A DNA stretch of 25,026 bases from Bdellovibrionales bacterium (GCA_043720435.1 JAYSST010000509.1:1-25026), one strand, 5' to 3'. Positions 8,121 to 16,133 are shown, counted from the stretch's first letter. Made by a program: numbers and translations. The notes: generated by a model not told the origin, from the sequence alone.

Positions 8121-9083
8121 ATGCGAATGAGACGATTACTAATGCTCGTGCTTTCGTTCGTGTTCATTCCTCTTTTGACCGGCTGCAGTTTGCTCGGTGC
8201 AAATCGCCAAGTCGGGATAGAGAAATCAAGCGCAGCCGAAGTGAGAGATGTACCGTACGATGCCCGAGAAACGAAAGAAGCTCCACTTCGCAAGCGGGTG
8301 ATGGTGCTTCCGTTTATTAACGGCGGAATTTCAAGATCTGAACAGGCCTCGAAAGTCGCGCGCGAATCATTTTTGCGACAGTTGCGCAAAACGGATGAGT
8401 TTGTCATCGTCGCAAATTCGGATTTTCCAAAAGATGTTTCTGCTTTCCTCAAAGGCGGCGAATACGATCTTGAAGCCATGGGCAAGATTGCGGCGGCGAT
8501 GGGAATCGCGGCCATTCTTGAAGGCCGAATTATCGAAGTACGTGCGAAACGTGTCGGTGATGAAGTCGGACTCGTCCGAAAAATACGCGCGCGCATGAAC
8601 GCTCGAGTTCAGATGCGGATGGTGAATGCTCGTAACGGCAGTATTGTTTTGAACGAGACACGCGAAGCCGAAGTAGAAGAAGCGACGACCCGTCTAGCTG
8701 AACGCGCTTCAACGGATAGGGATTTAGAAGATGATCCGATCCTGGTCGACTCGGTGGTCACCCGCGCCTTCCAAGCGACACTGCCTCGGATTGTGAACGC
8801 TGTCGAAAAACTTTCGTGGGAAGGCCGCGTCGCGCTGATCAAAGGCGAGCGGGTTTATCTCAATGCGGGTCGCCTCTCGGGCTTGCAGATTGGTGACATC
8901 CTCCGAGTTTCTGAAGAAGGCGAGGACGTTCATGATCCCGAGACGGGCTCGTATATCGGCCGCGTGCCGGGTCGGCTCAAGGGGACGGTGGAAGTCGTTT
9001 CATACTTCGGCAAAGACGGCGCCATAACGGTTCTGCATTCGGGTTCAGGGTTCCGCGAGAACGATCTCGTCGAACTGTACTAA
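8121..9083 (+). CDS. Lipoprotein with CsgG/FlgT-middle-like domain and FlgT-C-like beta domain
   Basis: Lipobox LTGC (Cys22). KRVMVLPF...LEGRI...VQMRMVNARNGSIV is CsgG/TolB-N-like. GRVALIKGERVYLNAG...GLQIGD.L.V...G..V.DP.TG..IG is FlgT-C-like. Alternative start at 8127. Confidence 0.75.
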   Translation: MRMRRLLMLVLSFVFIPLLTGCSLLGANRQVGIEKSSAAEVRDVPYDARETKEAPLRKRVMVLPFINGGISRSEQASKVARESFLRQLRKTDEFVIVANSDFPKDVSAFLKGGEYDLEAMGKIAAAMGIAAILEGRIIEVRAKRVGDEVGLVRKIRARMNARVQMRMVNARNGSIVLNETREAEVEEATTRLAERASTDRDLEDDPILVDSVVTRAFQATLPRIVNAVEKLSWEGRVALIKGERVYLNAGRLSGLQIGDILRVSEEGEDVHDPETGSYIGRVPGRLKGTVEVVSYFGKDGAITVLHSGSGFRENDLVELY

Positions 9084-9128
9084 CTCGACTTGTACTGAAT
9101 CCTCACATTACGCTAGGAACTCCTTCAG

Positions 9129-9824
9129 ATGACAGCGAGTACCGTTCAATCACATTTTCTGGGTACGCTTTCTTATAGTGAAGGCCTTGCGGTTCAAGCG
9201 CGAGCTTTGCGCGAACTTGCCGGATCTGTCGCGTCTCCACTGCGAGTCTCTGCGATATTGCTCGGGCTTGAACATCTACCGGTGGCGACTCTCGGGATCC
9301 GTGGTCTCGTCGAAACGGATCTGACAGTTACTTCCGACGAGTTGCGGCTCAGAGGCCTTGAGCTGATCGAAACGGTGAGGGGTGGGCAAGCCACGATCCA
9401 TTCTCCTGGGCAGCTTGTGATCTATCCTTGCGTTAATCTGCGCGCGTTTCATTTAGGCCCGCGAGATTTTGTTCAACTGATTGAACGAACAACAGCTGGC
9501 TGGCTTCGAACTCTCGGTATTTCACCCGAGACCGACGCGCGTGAACCCGGCATTTTCGTTGAGGGTGCAAAGCTCGTGGCATTCGGATTCAAAATATCTA
9601 AGGGTCTGACATCCCATGGTCTCGCCGTGAACGTTAGCAACGACTTGAGCCTTTTTGATCTCATTCGTACCTGCGGAATTCGCGGTCAGCGAATGACGAG
9701 GCTCGCGGAGATGGATGTTTCAACCTCGCTCGAAGCCCTCTTTTTAGGCTGGTCCGACTCGTTTAAACGGGAGCTTTTGGGCCTTGAACATACGGTATTG
9801 ACGGAAGTACCGCCGGCCAATTAA
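9129..9824 (+). CDS. lipB: Lipoyl(octanoyl) transferase
   Basis: LEH.PV.TLG, RGGQATIHSPGQLVIYP, catalytic Lys in AKLVAFG, SHGLAVNV, catalytic Cys in IRTCG. Confidence 0.93.
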   Translation: MTASTVQSHFLGTLSYSEGLAVQARALRELAGSVASPLRVSAILLGLEHLPVATLGIRGLVETDLTVTSDELRLRGLELIETVRGGQATIHSPGQLVIYPCVNLRAFHLGPRDFVQLIERTTAGWLRTLGISPETDAREPGIFVEGAKLVAFGFKISKGLTSHGLAVNVSNDLSLFDLIRTCGIRGQRMTRLAEMDVSTSLEALFLGWSDSFKRELLGLEHTVLTEVPPAN

Positions 9825-9827
9825 CTT
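9798..9827 (+). promoter_or_regulatory. sigma70-type promoter for tRNA-Val, embedded in the lipB 3' end
   Basis: TTGACG (9798-9803), 18-nt spacer, TAACTT (9822-9827). The lipB stop TAA forms the first half of the -10 box. Confidence 0.55.
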
Positions 9828-9835
9828 CGTGTTTT

Positions 9836-9911
9836 GGTCTGTTGGCGCAGTTGGTAGCGCGTTCCCTTGACATGGGAGAGGTCGCAAGTTCGAGTCTTGC
9901 ACAGACCACCA
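9836..9911 (+). tRNA. tRNA-Val(GAC)
   Basis: 76 nt. Acceptor GGTCTGT/ACAGACC plus ACCA, D arm GCGC-AGTTGGTA-GCGC, anticodon arm TTCCC-TTGACAT-GGGAG (GAC at 9869-9871), T arm GCAAG-TTCGAGT-CTTGC. Confidence 0.98.
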
Positions 9912-9965
9912 TTTTTTCCTTACTCACGTTTTTAGCACGATTCTTTTTCTTTAATCGAGCGACCT

Positions 9966-10068
9966 AGCGGCTGCCGCCGCTGACCTTCCGTTCGGCTATC
10001 GCGCTTCGCGCTTGCCGAACTCAGGTGCGCATCACGTCAGATCGCTTCGCGATCCGCCGCGCTTGCAC
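9966..10068. repeat. Cassette of GC-rich palindromes (REP-like)
   Basis: Hairpins AGCGGC/GCCGCT (9966-9981), GTTCGGC..GCGC-TTC-GCGC..GCCGAAC (9990-10020) and GATCGC-TTC-GCGATC (10040-10054). GCGCTTGC occurs at 10008 and 10059. Confidence 0.7.
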
Positions 10069-10102
10069 GGTCGCAAGTTCGAGTCTTGCACGACCCCCAT
10101 TT
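10069..10102 (+). repeat. Duplicated 3' end of tRNA-Val (att-like direct repeat)
   Basis: 10069-10091 is identical to 9880-9902 (23 bp). The match continues through CCATTT with one deletion and one substitution. Confidence 0.92.
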
Positions 10103-10200
10103 CTGACGCGTCTCAAACCGTTTTCCGGCAAAACAAAGGCGGCTACATTGAGGTTTCTTTTCTGTACAGGCCAGCAAATCATGCAAATAGTTATAGTGAG

Positions 10201-10452
10201 ATGAAGATAACATCGAAAGTGATACTGGCAATTTTGGTTAGCACTGTCCTGGGATTGATCTTGCCACTCGGGATTGCGCTTTTGGATGTATTGCCTTTTT
10301 TAAGAGGTGATACACCCTATGAAACCGTTATGCTCTAAATGTTGTTTTCGGGTCTGCTTGGTGCGCTCATCGGCGGCATGTTGGTCTACCGAATGACGAT
10401 GAAACAGGCCGCTTTGCTGAATCGCCTGAAGGACGACTTGGACGTGGGATAG
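10201..10452 (+). pseudogene. Small two-TM membrane protein interrupted by an in-frame TAA
   Basis: 45 codons (one hydrophobic segment), TAA at 10336-10338, then ATG 10339 in the same frame for 37 codons (second hydrophobic segment plus charged tail), TAG at 10450-10452. Confidence 0.6.
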
Positions 10453-10468
10453 TGCGGGACCGGCAAAA

Positions 10469-12610
10469 TTAAAAAACCGAGAGGTGAGGCTGCAGGTCGA
10501 ATTGACTTGTTGTCGTGCTGATGACTGTGCCTTTTGGATCGTACCTCGTCGCTCGAAGATCAACTTCAAGAACGGCCTCGAGCGAAGGGGAGTACTGATA
10601 GGTCTCGACAATTTTGTAAACTAACTGATGCTCAAAAGTAACTTCTCGGAAGCACTCAACTTTCCAAACTTCATGCTGTTCTGATTGGACGGTAGTATAG
10701 CGCGAGCTGATTGGAGTGCACTCAACCGTTTCGGCTGACTTCCAATCGGTGTCAGCAAGTCTGATTCGACCGCCGACCCCGGCGGTTAGCGGAAAGAAAC
10801 TTATTTCAGGCAGCTCCTGCTTTAATACGCCATCTCGCTTTCGGAACATCGGATTAAAGTAAGCTTCGACTGTGAGAAACGAGCGAGGAGTTCGCAAGGT
10901 ATCTGTTCCATCGACGAGCCAAGTAAGCTCAGTGCTCGAAATTTCAGTAAGAAATCTGGTGTGTTGAGAAACACTGATTTTCCCATCGGCGCTTGGTGTT
11001 GTTACGCGGTAAGAAAGAACTCTGCCAGTCGCGAGCTTCGTTGCTGGCAGCGGCTTCACAGTATCGCCAAGCACAACTGGCCGCGTTTCAGGTTCTACAA
11101 CTTTGGCAGGTTGCAATATCGTGGTTGGCTTGACGGCATCTACAATTGTAACCGGCGGCAGTGGCGCCGAAGCAGAACCAGCTAAATCTCGCGCAACTTC
11201 TGGCGGAAGCATCAAGCTTCGCGTTAGTCGGGCCACTTCTGCAGTAATGATCACCATCTGTTCGGGATTTCGAGAGAATCCGAAATACGTGACCGAACTG
11301 GCGATGATAACCGCAGCGACGACAGCACGAAAACTTAAAAACGATGTTCGAGTAGGTGAGATGCTTGTTTCTGATGTCACAAGTTTGAACGGAACGGTGC
11401 CAGTGCTTGCAATCGGTTGGGGACGCGTCATTCGCCTTTTCGACGTTTCAAAGCGGGTTCTTCGATAGGCGCTCACGCACTTGGCGATCAGTTCTGAACT
11501 TACAGTGATCGGTTTCGTCGATTGAAGTCTTGAATCCTGCAGCGATGTCAGTTGATCTTCAATTTCTTGCAAAACATAGGTTACTTCAGGTTCGCTTATG
11601 TCGAAATTTTTTATCTGTGAAATCGTTTCAGTCGACCAGAAAATGTTGAGATCAAATCGCGTTTTGCGAGCCAGTGAACCTGTCCATCGTGCCGCAGTGG
11701 CGATTTTTTCCAGCGAAACGGCGACAGTGCTGGCGTCGATAGGACGAGCAGCTGGATCCTTCGCAAGAATTTTGTCGACAAATTCTAAAAATCCTAAGGG
11801 TGCTAAACTTCGAACCAATGTGGGCCATGCAAGTGTTTCACTTGTGACCCTCTTTATAGTTTCAGCAATGTTATCGGATTTAAAGGGTGTTGCTCCATTC
11901 AGCATTTCCCAGATGATAAGACCCAACGCATAGATGTCACTCGACGGCGAAGCAGGTTTATCACGAAGAATTTCGGGCGCGACGTAGTTGACGGTACCGA
12001 TGAACATTCCGGTCTGAGTTTTGAAACCACGCGTAGGCGCTTCGTCATTTGACATTCCCACCAAGGACGGTTTTGCAATTCCAAAATCAATAATCTTAGC
12101 TAAGCCGTCTTTCGTAACCATGATGTTGCCAGGTTTCAAATCGCGATGGATGACAGCACCGCTGTGTATCGCGTCGAGGCCTCTCGCAATCTGTATTGCG
12201 ATGACCATGATATCCGGAAACGAAAGGCGACGCTGGCGACTCAGTACATAGAGTGAAATTCCATCGATGTATTCCATCGCCATGTAGTGCGAGGTTCGTC
12301 CGGCAGTTTCAAACACTCCGCACTCATAGAACTTAACAACGCCCTGATGGCGAACCGAAGCGAGCGCCCGAGCTTCAGCTTCGAAACGTTTTATTGTCGC
12401 CGATTCTGCGAGAAGTTCGGGGAACACGGTCTTCACAGCGACGGGCGGTGCATTCGGATTTCGGGAGTCGCTGCAGAGAAAGACTTGGCCCATGCCACCT
12501 TCTCCGAGCAATTTGATCACTTCATACGGCCCAATTGCTTTGACCGGACCGGGTGGAATGAAGGGGATCACGACAGTTTGTTCGGGGTCCTGTTGGTCTT
12601 GCGAACTCAC
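10469..12610 (-). CDS. Membrane-spanning Hanks-type Ser/Thr protein kinase
   Basis: LGEGGMGQV, VAVK, HRDLKPGNIMV, DFGIAK, GTVNYVAPE, SDIYALG. One TM (FLSFRAVVAAVIIASSVTYFGF, ~11278-11340), a Pro-rich linker and a beta-rich extracytoplasmic domain. Confidence 0.95.
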   Translation of the reverse strand: MSSQDQQDPEQTVVIPFIPPGPVKAIGPYEVIKLLGEGGMGQVFLCSDSRNPNAPPVAVKTVFPELLAESATIKRFEAEARALASVRHQGVVKFYECGVFETAGRTSHYMAMEYIDGISLYVLSRQRRLSFPDIMVIAIQIARGLDAIHSGAVIHRDLKPGNIMVTKDGLAKIIDFGIAKPSLVGMSNDEAPTRGFKTQTGMFIGTVNYVAPEILRDKPASPSSDIYALGLIIWEMLNGATPFKSDNIAETIKRVTSETLAWPTLVRSLAPLGFLEFVDKILAKDPAARPIDASTVAVSLEKIATAARWTGSLARKTRFDLNIFWSTETISQIKNFDISEPEVTYVLQEIEDQLTSLQDSRLQSTKPITVSSELIAKCVSAYRRTRFETSKRRMTRPQPIASTGTVPFKLVTSETSISPTRTSFLSFRAVVAAVIIASSVTYFGFSRNPEQMVIITAEVARLTRSLMLPPEVARDLAGSASAPLPPVTIVDAVKPTTILQPAKVVEPETRPVVLGDTVKPLPATKLATGRVLSYRVTTPSADGKISVSQHTRFLTEISSTELTWLVDGTDTLRTPRSFLTVEAYFNPMFRKRDGVLKQELPEISFFPLTAGVGGRIRLADTDWKSAETVECTPISSRYTTVQSEQHEVWKVECFREVTFEHQLVYKIVETYQYSPSLEAVLEVDLRATRYDPKGTVISTTTSQFDLQPHLSVF

Positions 12611-12738
12611 GTCATACTATCGGTACCTTCAAGCTAAATTTGTACTAATTAGCCATTTGAAGTAGATGAATGCGCGATGGAATCTCTAGGTGAGACAACT
12701 TTGTAGTCGAGGGTCTAGTCTAGTGCGACCAACCTTGG

Positions 12739-14598
12739 TCAAGCTTGCGCACTTTCGACAGCATCGAGCCGTCGTTTTGCATCTTGCGCTTCCGCTTGCA
12801 GACGCCACATTCGCGCGTACTCTCCGTTCACAGACAGCAAAGTTTCGTGGCGGCCGCGCTCTACGATTTCGCCATCCTTAAGAACCAAGATCTCATCGGC
12901 GTCAACAACCGTGGACAGACGGTGTGCGATGACGAGTGCTGTTCTATTTTTAGCGACTTCCCGAAGTGACGCTTGAATGCCCTGCTCGGTGTGCGTATCA
13001 AGCGCCGACGTCGCTTCGTCAAAAACGAGAATCATCGGATTTTTTAGAATTGTGCGCGCAATCGCAACTCGTTGCTTCTCCCCACCAGAAAGTTTCAGTC
13101 CACGTTCGCCGACGAGGGCATTATATCCGAGCGGCAGCCTTGCAACGAAGTGATCGATCTTCGCCAGTCGTGCCGCTTCTCGCATTTCGGCATCGCTAGC
13201 GGATGGACGTCCGTACTGAATGTTATATCCAATCGTATCGTTAAACAAAACTGTGTCCTGCGGAACAATGCCGATCGCTTGCCGGACGCTGGCTTGATCC
13301 ACAGACTTCAGATCTTGGCCGTCGATTAGCACGGATCCTTCTACCGGATCATAAAATCTGAAAAGAAGTCGCGAGATCGTGGATTTTCCGGAACCTGACG
13401 GACCGACGATGGCGACCGTTTTTCCCGGTGGAACTTCGAAACTTACTTTTTTCAGGATTTGGCGATCTGGATTGTAATGAAACGATACGTCTCGGAATTC
13501 GAGCCGTCCACCATTTACGTTCAGCGCTGGTGCGCCCGGCTCGTCGCGAATATCACGTTCGACGGCCAAGAGTTCGAACATCTTGTCCATCTCGACAAGG
13601 CTTTGAGTCGTCTCGCGGTAGGCGAAGCCGAGTAAATTTAACGGTAAATAGAGCTGAATCAAAAACGTGTTTACCGCGACGAAATCGCCGATTGTCATTG
13701 TACCTTCGCCCACGCCGACGGCGGCTAGGACCATCACTGCCACAAGTCCGAAAGCGATGATCAACCCCTGACCACAATTTAAAATAGAAAGACTTGTCTG
13801 ACTCTGAATTGCTGCCGACTCGTAACCTTCGAGAGCTTTGTCGAATCGGGCATGTTCGTGTTTTTCATTTCCGAAATATTTGACCGTTTCGAAATTGAGC
13901 AAGCTATCGATAGCTTTGGTGTTGGCCTCTGTATCCTTTTGCATCATATCTTTGCGAAATTTCACGCGCCAATTGGTAATCGAAATCGTGTAGACAACAT
14001 AGACGGATATTGTCGCCATGGTGATAGCCGCGAACGTCCAACCGAAAGTAAAAAAGAGCACCACCGAAACAATCACGACTTCGACGATGGTCGGAAAGAT
14101 ATTGAAGAGCATGAATTGAAGAACGGTTTGGATACCGCGAGTGCCACGTTCGATGACCCGAGAGAGTCCGCCGGTTTGACGATCTAAATGAAAAGCGAGC
14201 GAAAGCGAATGCAGGTGCTCGAAAGTTTGAAGCCCAATTTTTCGCTGAGTAAATTGGGTGACGCGCGCAAAGATGAAGTCGCGAAATTCAGCGAAGCCCT
14301 GTTGGCCGATTCGGGCCGCGGCGTAAGCAACGGTCAGCCCTATAGCAGCAGTTAAATATTGATTGTTACCTTGAATGACGAGCCCCAACCGATCGATGGC
14401 GCCCTTAAGAAAAAACGGAATCGACACATTGACTGACTTCGCAGCGAGCAAAGAGATCGTCGCTATTACGACACGAAATCGAAGGTCCTTGCGATCTTTT
14501 GGCCACAGATAGGGGAGCAGCGTCTTTATAGTCTGGAGGGACCGGTCGCCGGTCGTCTCTTGAGTAGCACTGAATTTCGGGTTCAAATGGGACTCCAA
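12739..14598 (-). CDS. atm1: Atm1/ABCB7/HMT1-type ABC exporter (fused permease and ATPase)
   Basis: FHLDRQTGGLSRVIERG, DSLLNFETVKYF, Walker A GPSGSGKST, signature LSGGEKQR, Walker B DEATSALD, AHRLST. TTG start is uncertain; in-frame stops lie just upstream. Confidence 0.92.
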   Translation of the reverse strand: MESHLNPKFSATQETTGDRSLQTIKTLLPYLWPKDRKDLRFRVVIATISLLAAKSVNVSIPFFLKGAIDRLGLVIQGNNQYLTAAIGLTVAYAAARIGQQGFAEFRDFIFARVTQFTQRKIGLQTFEHLHSLSLAFHLDRQTGGLSRVIERGTRGIQTVLQFMLFNIFPTIVEVVIVSVVLFFTFGWTFAAITMATISVYVVYTISITNWRVKFRKDMMQKDTEANTKAIDSLLNFETVKYFGNEKHEHARFDKALEGYESAAIQSQTSLSILNCGQGLIIAFGLVAVMVLAAVGVGEGTMTIGDFVAVNTFLIQLYLPLNLLGFAYRETTQSLVEMDKMFELLAVERDIRDEPGAPALNVNGGRLEFRDVSFHYNPDRQILKKVSFEVPPGKTVAIVGPSGSGKSTISRLLFRFYDPVEGSVLIDGQDLKSVDQASVRQAIGIVPQDTVLFNDTIGYNIQYGRPSASDAEMREAARLAKIDHFVARLPLGYNALVGERGLKLSGGEKQRVAIARTILKNPMILVFDEATSALDTHTEQGIQASLREVAKNRTALVIAHRLSTVVDADEILVLKDGEIVERGRHETLLSVNGEYARMWRLQAEAQDAKRRLDAVESAQA

Positions 14599-14920
14599 GT
14601 GGTGTCATTAGGGTTCTTGACGAGCGTGTCTGCTCCCGGTGAACCGAGAAGCTCCTACCTTATCAGTGAACATCTGACACCGTCTTCCTCAAACCTTTAG
14701 GTGCAGTTTTGGAGAATTAGCGCAGCGCAAGAGTTCACGCGAATCGGTTGTACAAGGATCTCGTGAAGTTCTAAGACTCCCGTATTCGAGTTCACGCACT
14801 GAACAGGTTGGTTTTGCGTTCATTTTCGGCACCTTGAAGCGCCGATTCGCATCCGCCACGTTGTTCGCTTCGCGGACCCGAAGGGACGAGTGCTGAGTTG
14901 GGTTCGCTTTCTTTTGAATC

Positions 14921-14936
14921 CGGCACATCGCTTGCT
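14921..14936 (+). promoter_or_regulatory. sigma54 (RpoN) -24/-12 promoter candidate
   Basis: CGGCACATCGCTTGCT matches YGGCACR-N4-TTGCW at every position, with GG at 14922-14923 and GC at 14934-14935. Confidence 0.75.
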
Positions 14937-15067
14937 CACATGTTACCGGGTACACGCTTACACGACGGCTTTTTGAACATTTTGTCCCGAGAGTCGTTTT
15001 AACTAAATATAGAGTTCGTAAAATAGAGAGTTAGCAGAAAATGACAAAATTTCAGGGGGCCCCACAC

Positions 15068-16042
15068 ATGAAGATCCACAGTGCAATGATCCTAGCGAGC
15101 GTTCTCGCAATTTCGACAAGCGCGTTCGCTGCAGAGACTGAGACTCAGTCGGCTGAAACGACGACTAAAGCAGAAAACGTAACACCGAATTTGCCAGAGA
15201 AAAAAGCTGGCGAAACGGATGTTGATGAAGTCATCACGAACCGTAAACTCCGTGCTGAGACTGGTTCGAAGAGCAAATACAGCTTCTCGACTGCACTTAG
15301 CTACAGCGGCGGAACTGTTAAAAATCCAGGTTCGGACACACGTCCAAACATCGCATCGAACGCGTTCGTTCCATTGCGTCCGGCAATGGGTGGAAGCCTT
15401 GGTGTGAAGTACAAGATGAGCGCACTTCAGTCGCTCTCGGCTGACGTAGGTGTTCGAATCTATCGTCCGTTCCACTCGGATCCGAAACAGAATTTCCGTG
15501 AGCGCACGACGGTTTCTGACCCTTCTTTGACTTACCAAATCGTTTACAAAGCGGCAGGCATCCAGAACGTGTCGTCTGTGAGCCTTGGTTACACGACTGA
15601 CAGCGCTTACCGTGATATCGGCCAGGTTGGTTCGATCGGCCTCAGCCAAACTGCAATCTACGACTTCGGCGGATCAAGCTGGTCGGTAGGTCTCGCAGGG
15701 ACTGTCGATTACACAGCGTTTGATAAAGGTGTTGATGCACTCGACTCGTCGGGTTCTCAAGTTGGACCACAGCAGTCGGATTACTCGGTAGCTCTTTACC
15801 CATTCGCGGAAGTGAATATTTCCGAGAAGTTAAACCTCCGCACTGTTTTCCGTCCATTCACATTCGAACACGCTCGTATGGCGAAATTCGGCGAAATTGG
15901 TCGCGCACCGTACACGCAGTCGGTTGGACTCGGTATCTCGATCACTCGCGATATCTACATTTATCCAAACGTTCAGTTCGCTCCACTCAACATGAGCTCG
16001 GATCGCACAAACGTAGGTATGTCTTTGAACCTCAATATCTAG
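15068..16042 (+). CDS. Outer-membrane beta-barrel protein resembling the Bdellovibrio major OMP (PopA-like)
   Basis: SD AGGGGG at 15054-15059 favours ATG 15068. Signal peptide ending AFA/A, alternating amphipathic strands to the C-terminal MSLNLNI, strong 3' terminator. The motif DVDEVITN..LRAETGSKSK is recalled from the Bdellovibrio family but not verified. Confidence 0.75.
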   Translation: MKIHSAMILASVLAISTSAFAAETETQSAETTTKAENVTPNLPEKKAGETDVDEVITNRKLRAETGSKSKYSFSTALSYSGGTVKNPGSDTRPNIASNAFVPLRPAMGGSLGVKYKMSALQSLSADVGVRIYRPFHSDPKQNFRERTTVSDPSLTYQIVYKAAGIQNVSSVSLGYTTDSAYRDIGQVGSIGLSQTAIYDFGGSSWSVGLAGTVDYTAFDKGVDALDSSGSQVGPQQSDYSVALYPFAEVNISEKLNLRTVFRPFTFEHARMAKFGEIGRAPYTQSVGLGISITRDIYIYPNVQFAPLNMSSDRTNVGMSLNLNI

Positions 16043-16064
16043 TTCGCGCAGAAGCGTGACATTC

Positions 16065-16133
16065 AGCCGCGGTCGCGTCGTGCGCACTGCGGCTTAAGAA
16101 AAGACCGAGCCTTAGGGTTCGGTCTTTTTTTTT
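16065..16133 (+). terminator. Upstream hairpin plus intrinsic terminator
   Basis: Hairpin AGCCGCGG/CTGCGGCT (16065-16094), then AAAAGACCGAGCC-TTAG-GGTTCGGTCTTTT (16099-16128) and a T9 run to 16133. Confidence 0.9.

Noticed and set aside
10012-10200. Long N-terminal extension of the small membrane ORF (track start 10012)
   Set aside because: It reads through the hairpin cassette and tRNA fragment; the hydrophobic protein-like sequence begins only at ATG 10201.
12611-12643. FliA (sigma28) promoter giving a leaderless kinase mRNA: ACCGATAG 6 nt before GTG on the minus strand
   Set aside because: The -10 box is plausible but the -35 matches TAAAGTTT at only 5 of 8 positions, too weak to call.
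14689-14955. 88-aa minus-strand ORF in the atm1-OMP spacer
   Set aside because: GTG start without SD, no recognisable motif, and it overlaps the sigma54 promoter on the other strand.
15092-15649. 185-aa antisense ORF opposite the OMP gene, and similar shadows (3084-3698, 5034-5543, 22313-22870, 24344-24790)
   Set aside because: These lie within well-supported genes on the opposite strand and are expected from codon bias; none shows a family motif.
1456-16133. Two terminators share ACCGA..TCGGT stem cores (1456-1489 and 16099-16133), possible repeat family
   Set aside because: The shared sequence is only about five bases per arm with different loops, consistent with ordinary terminators.
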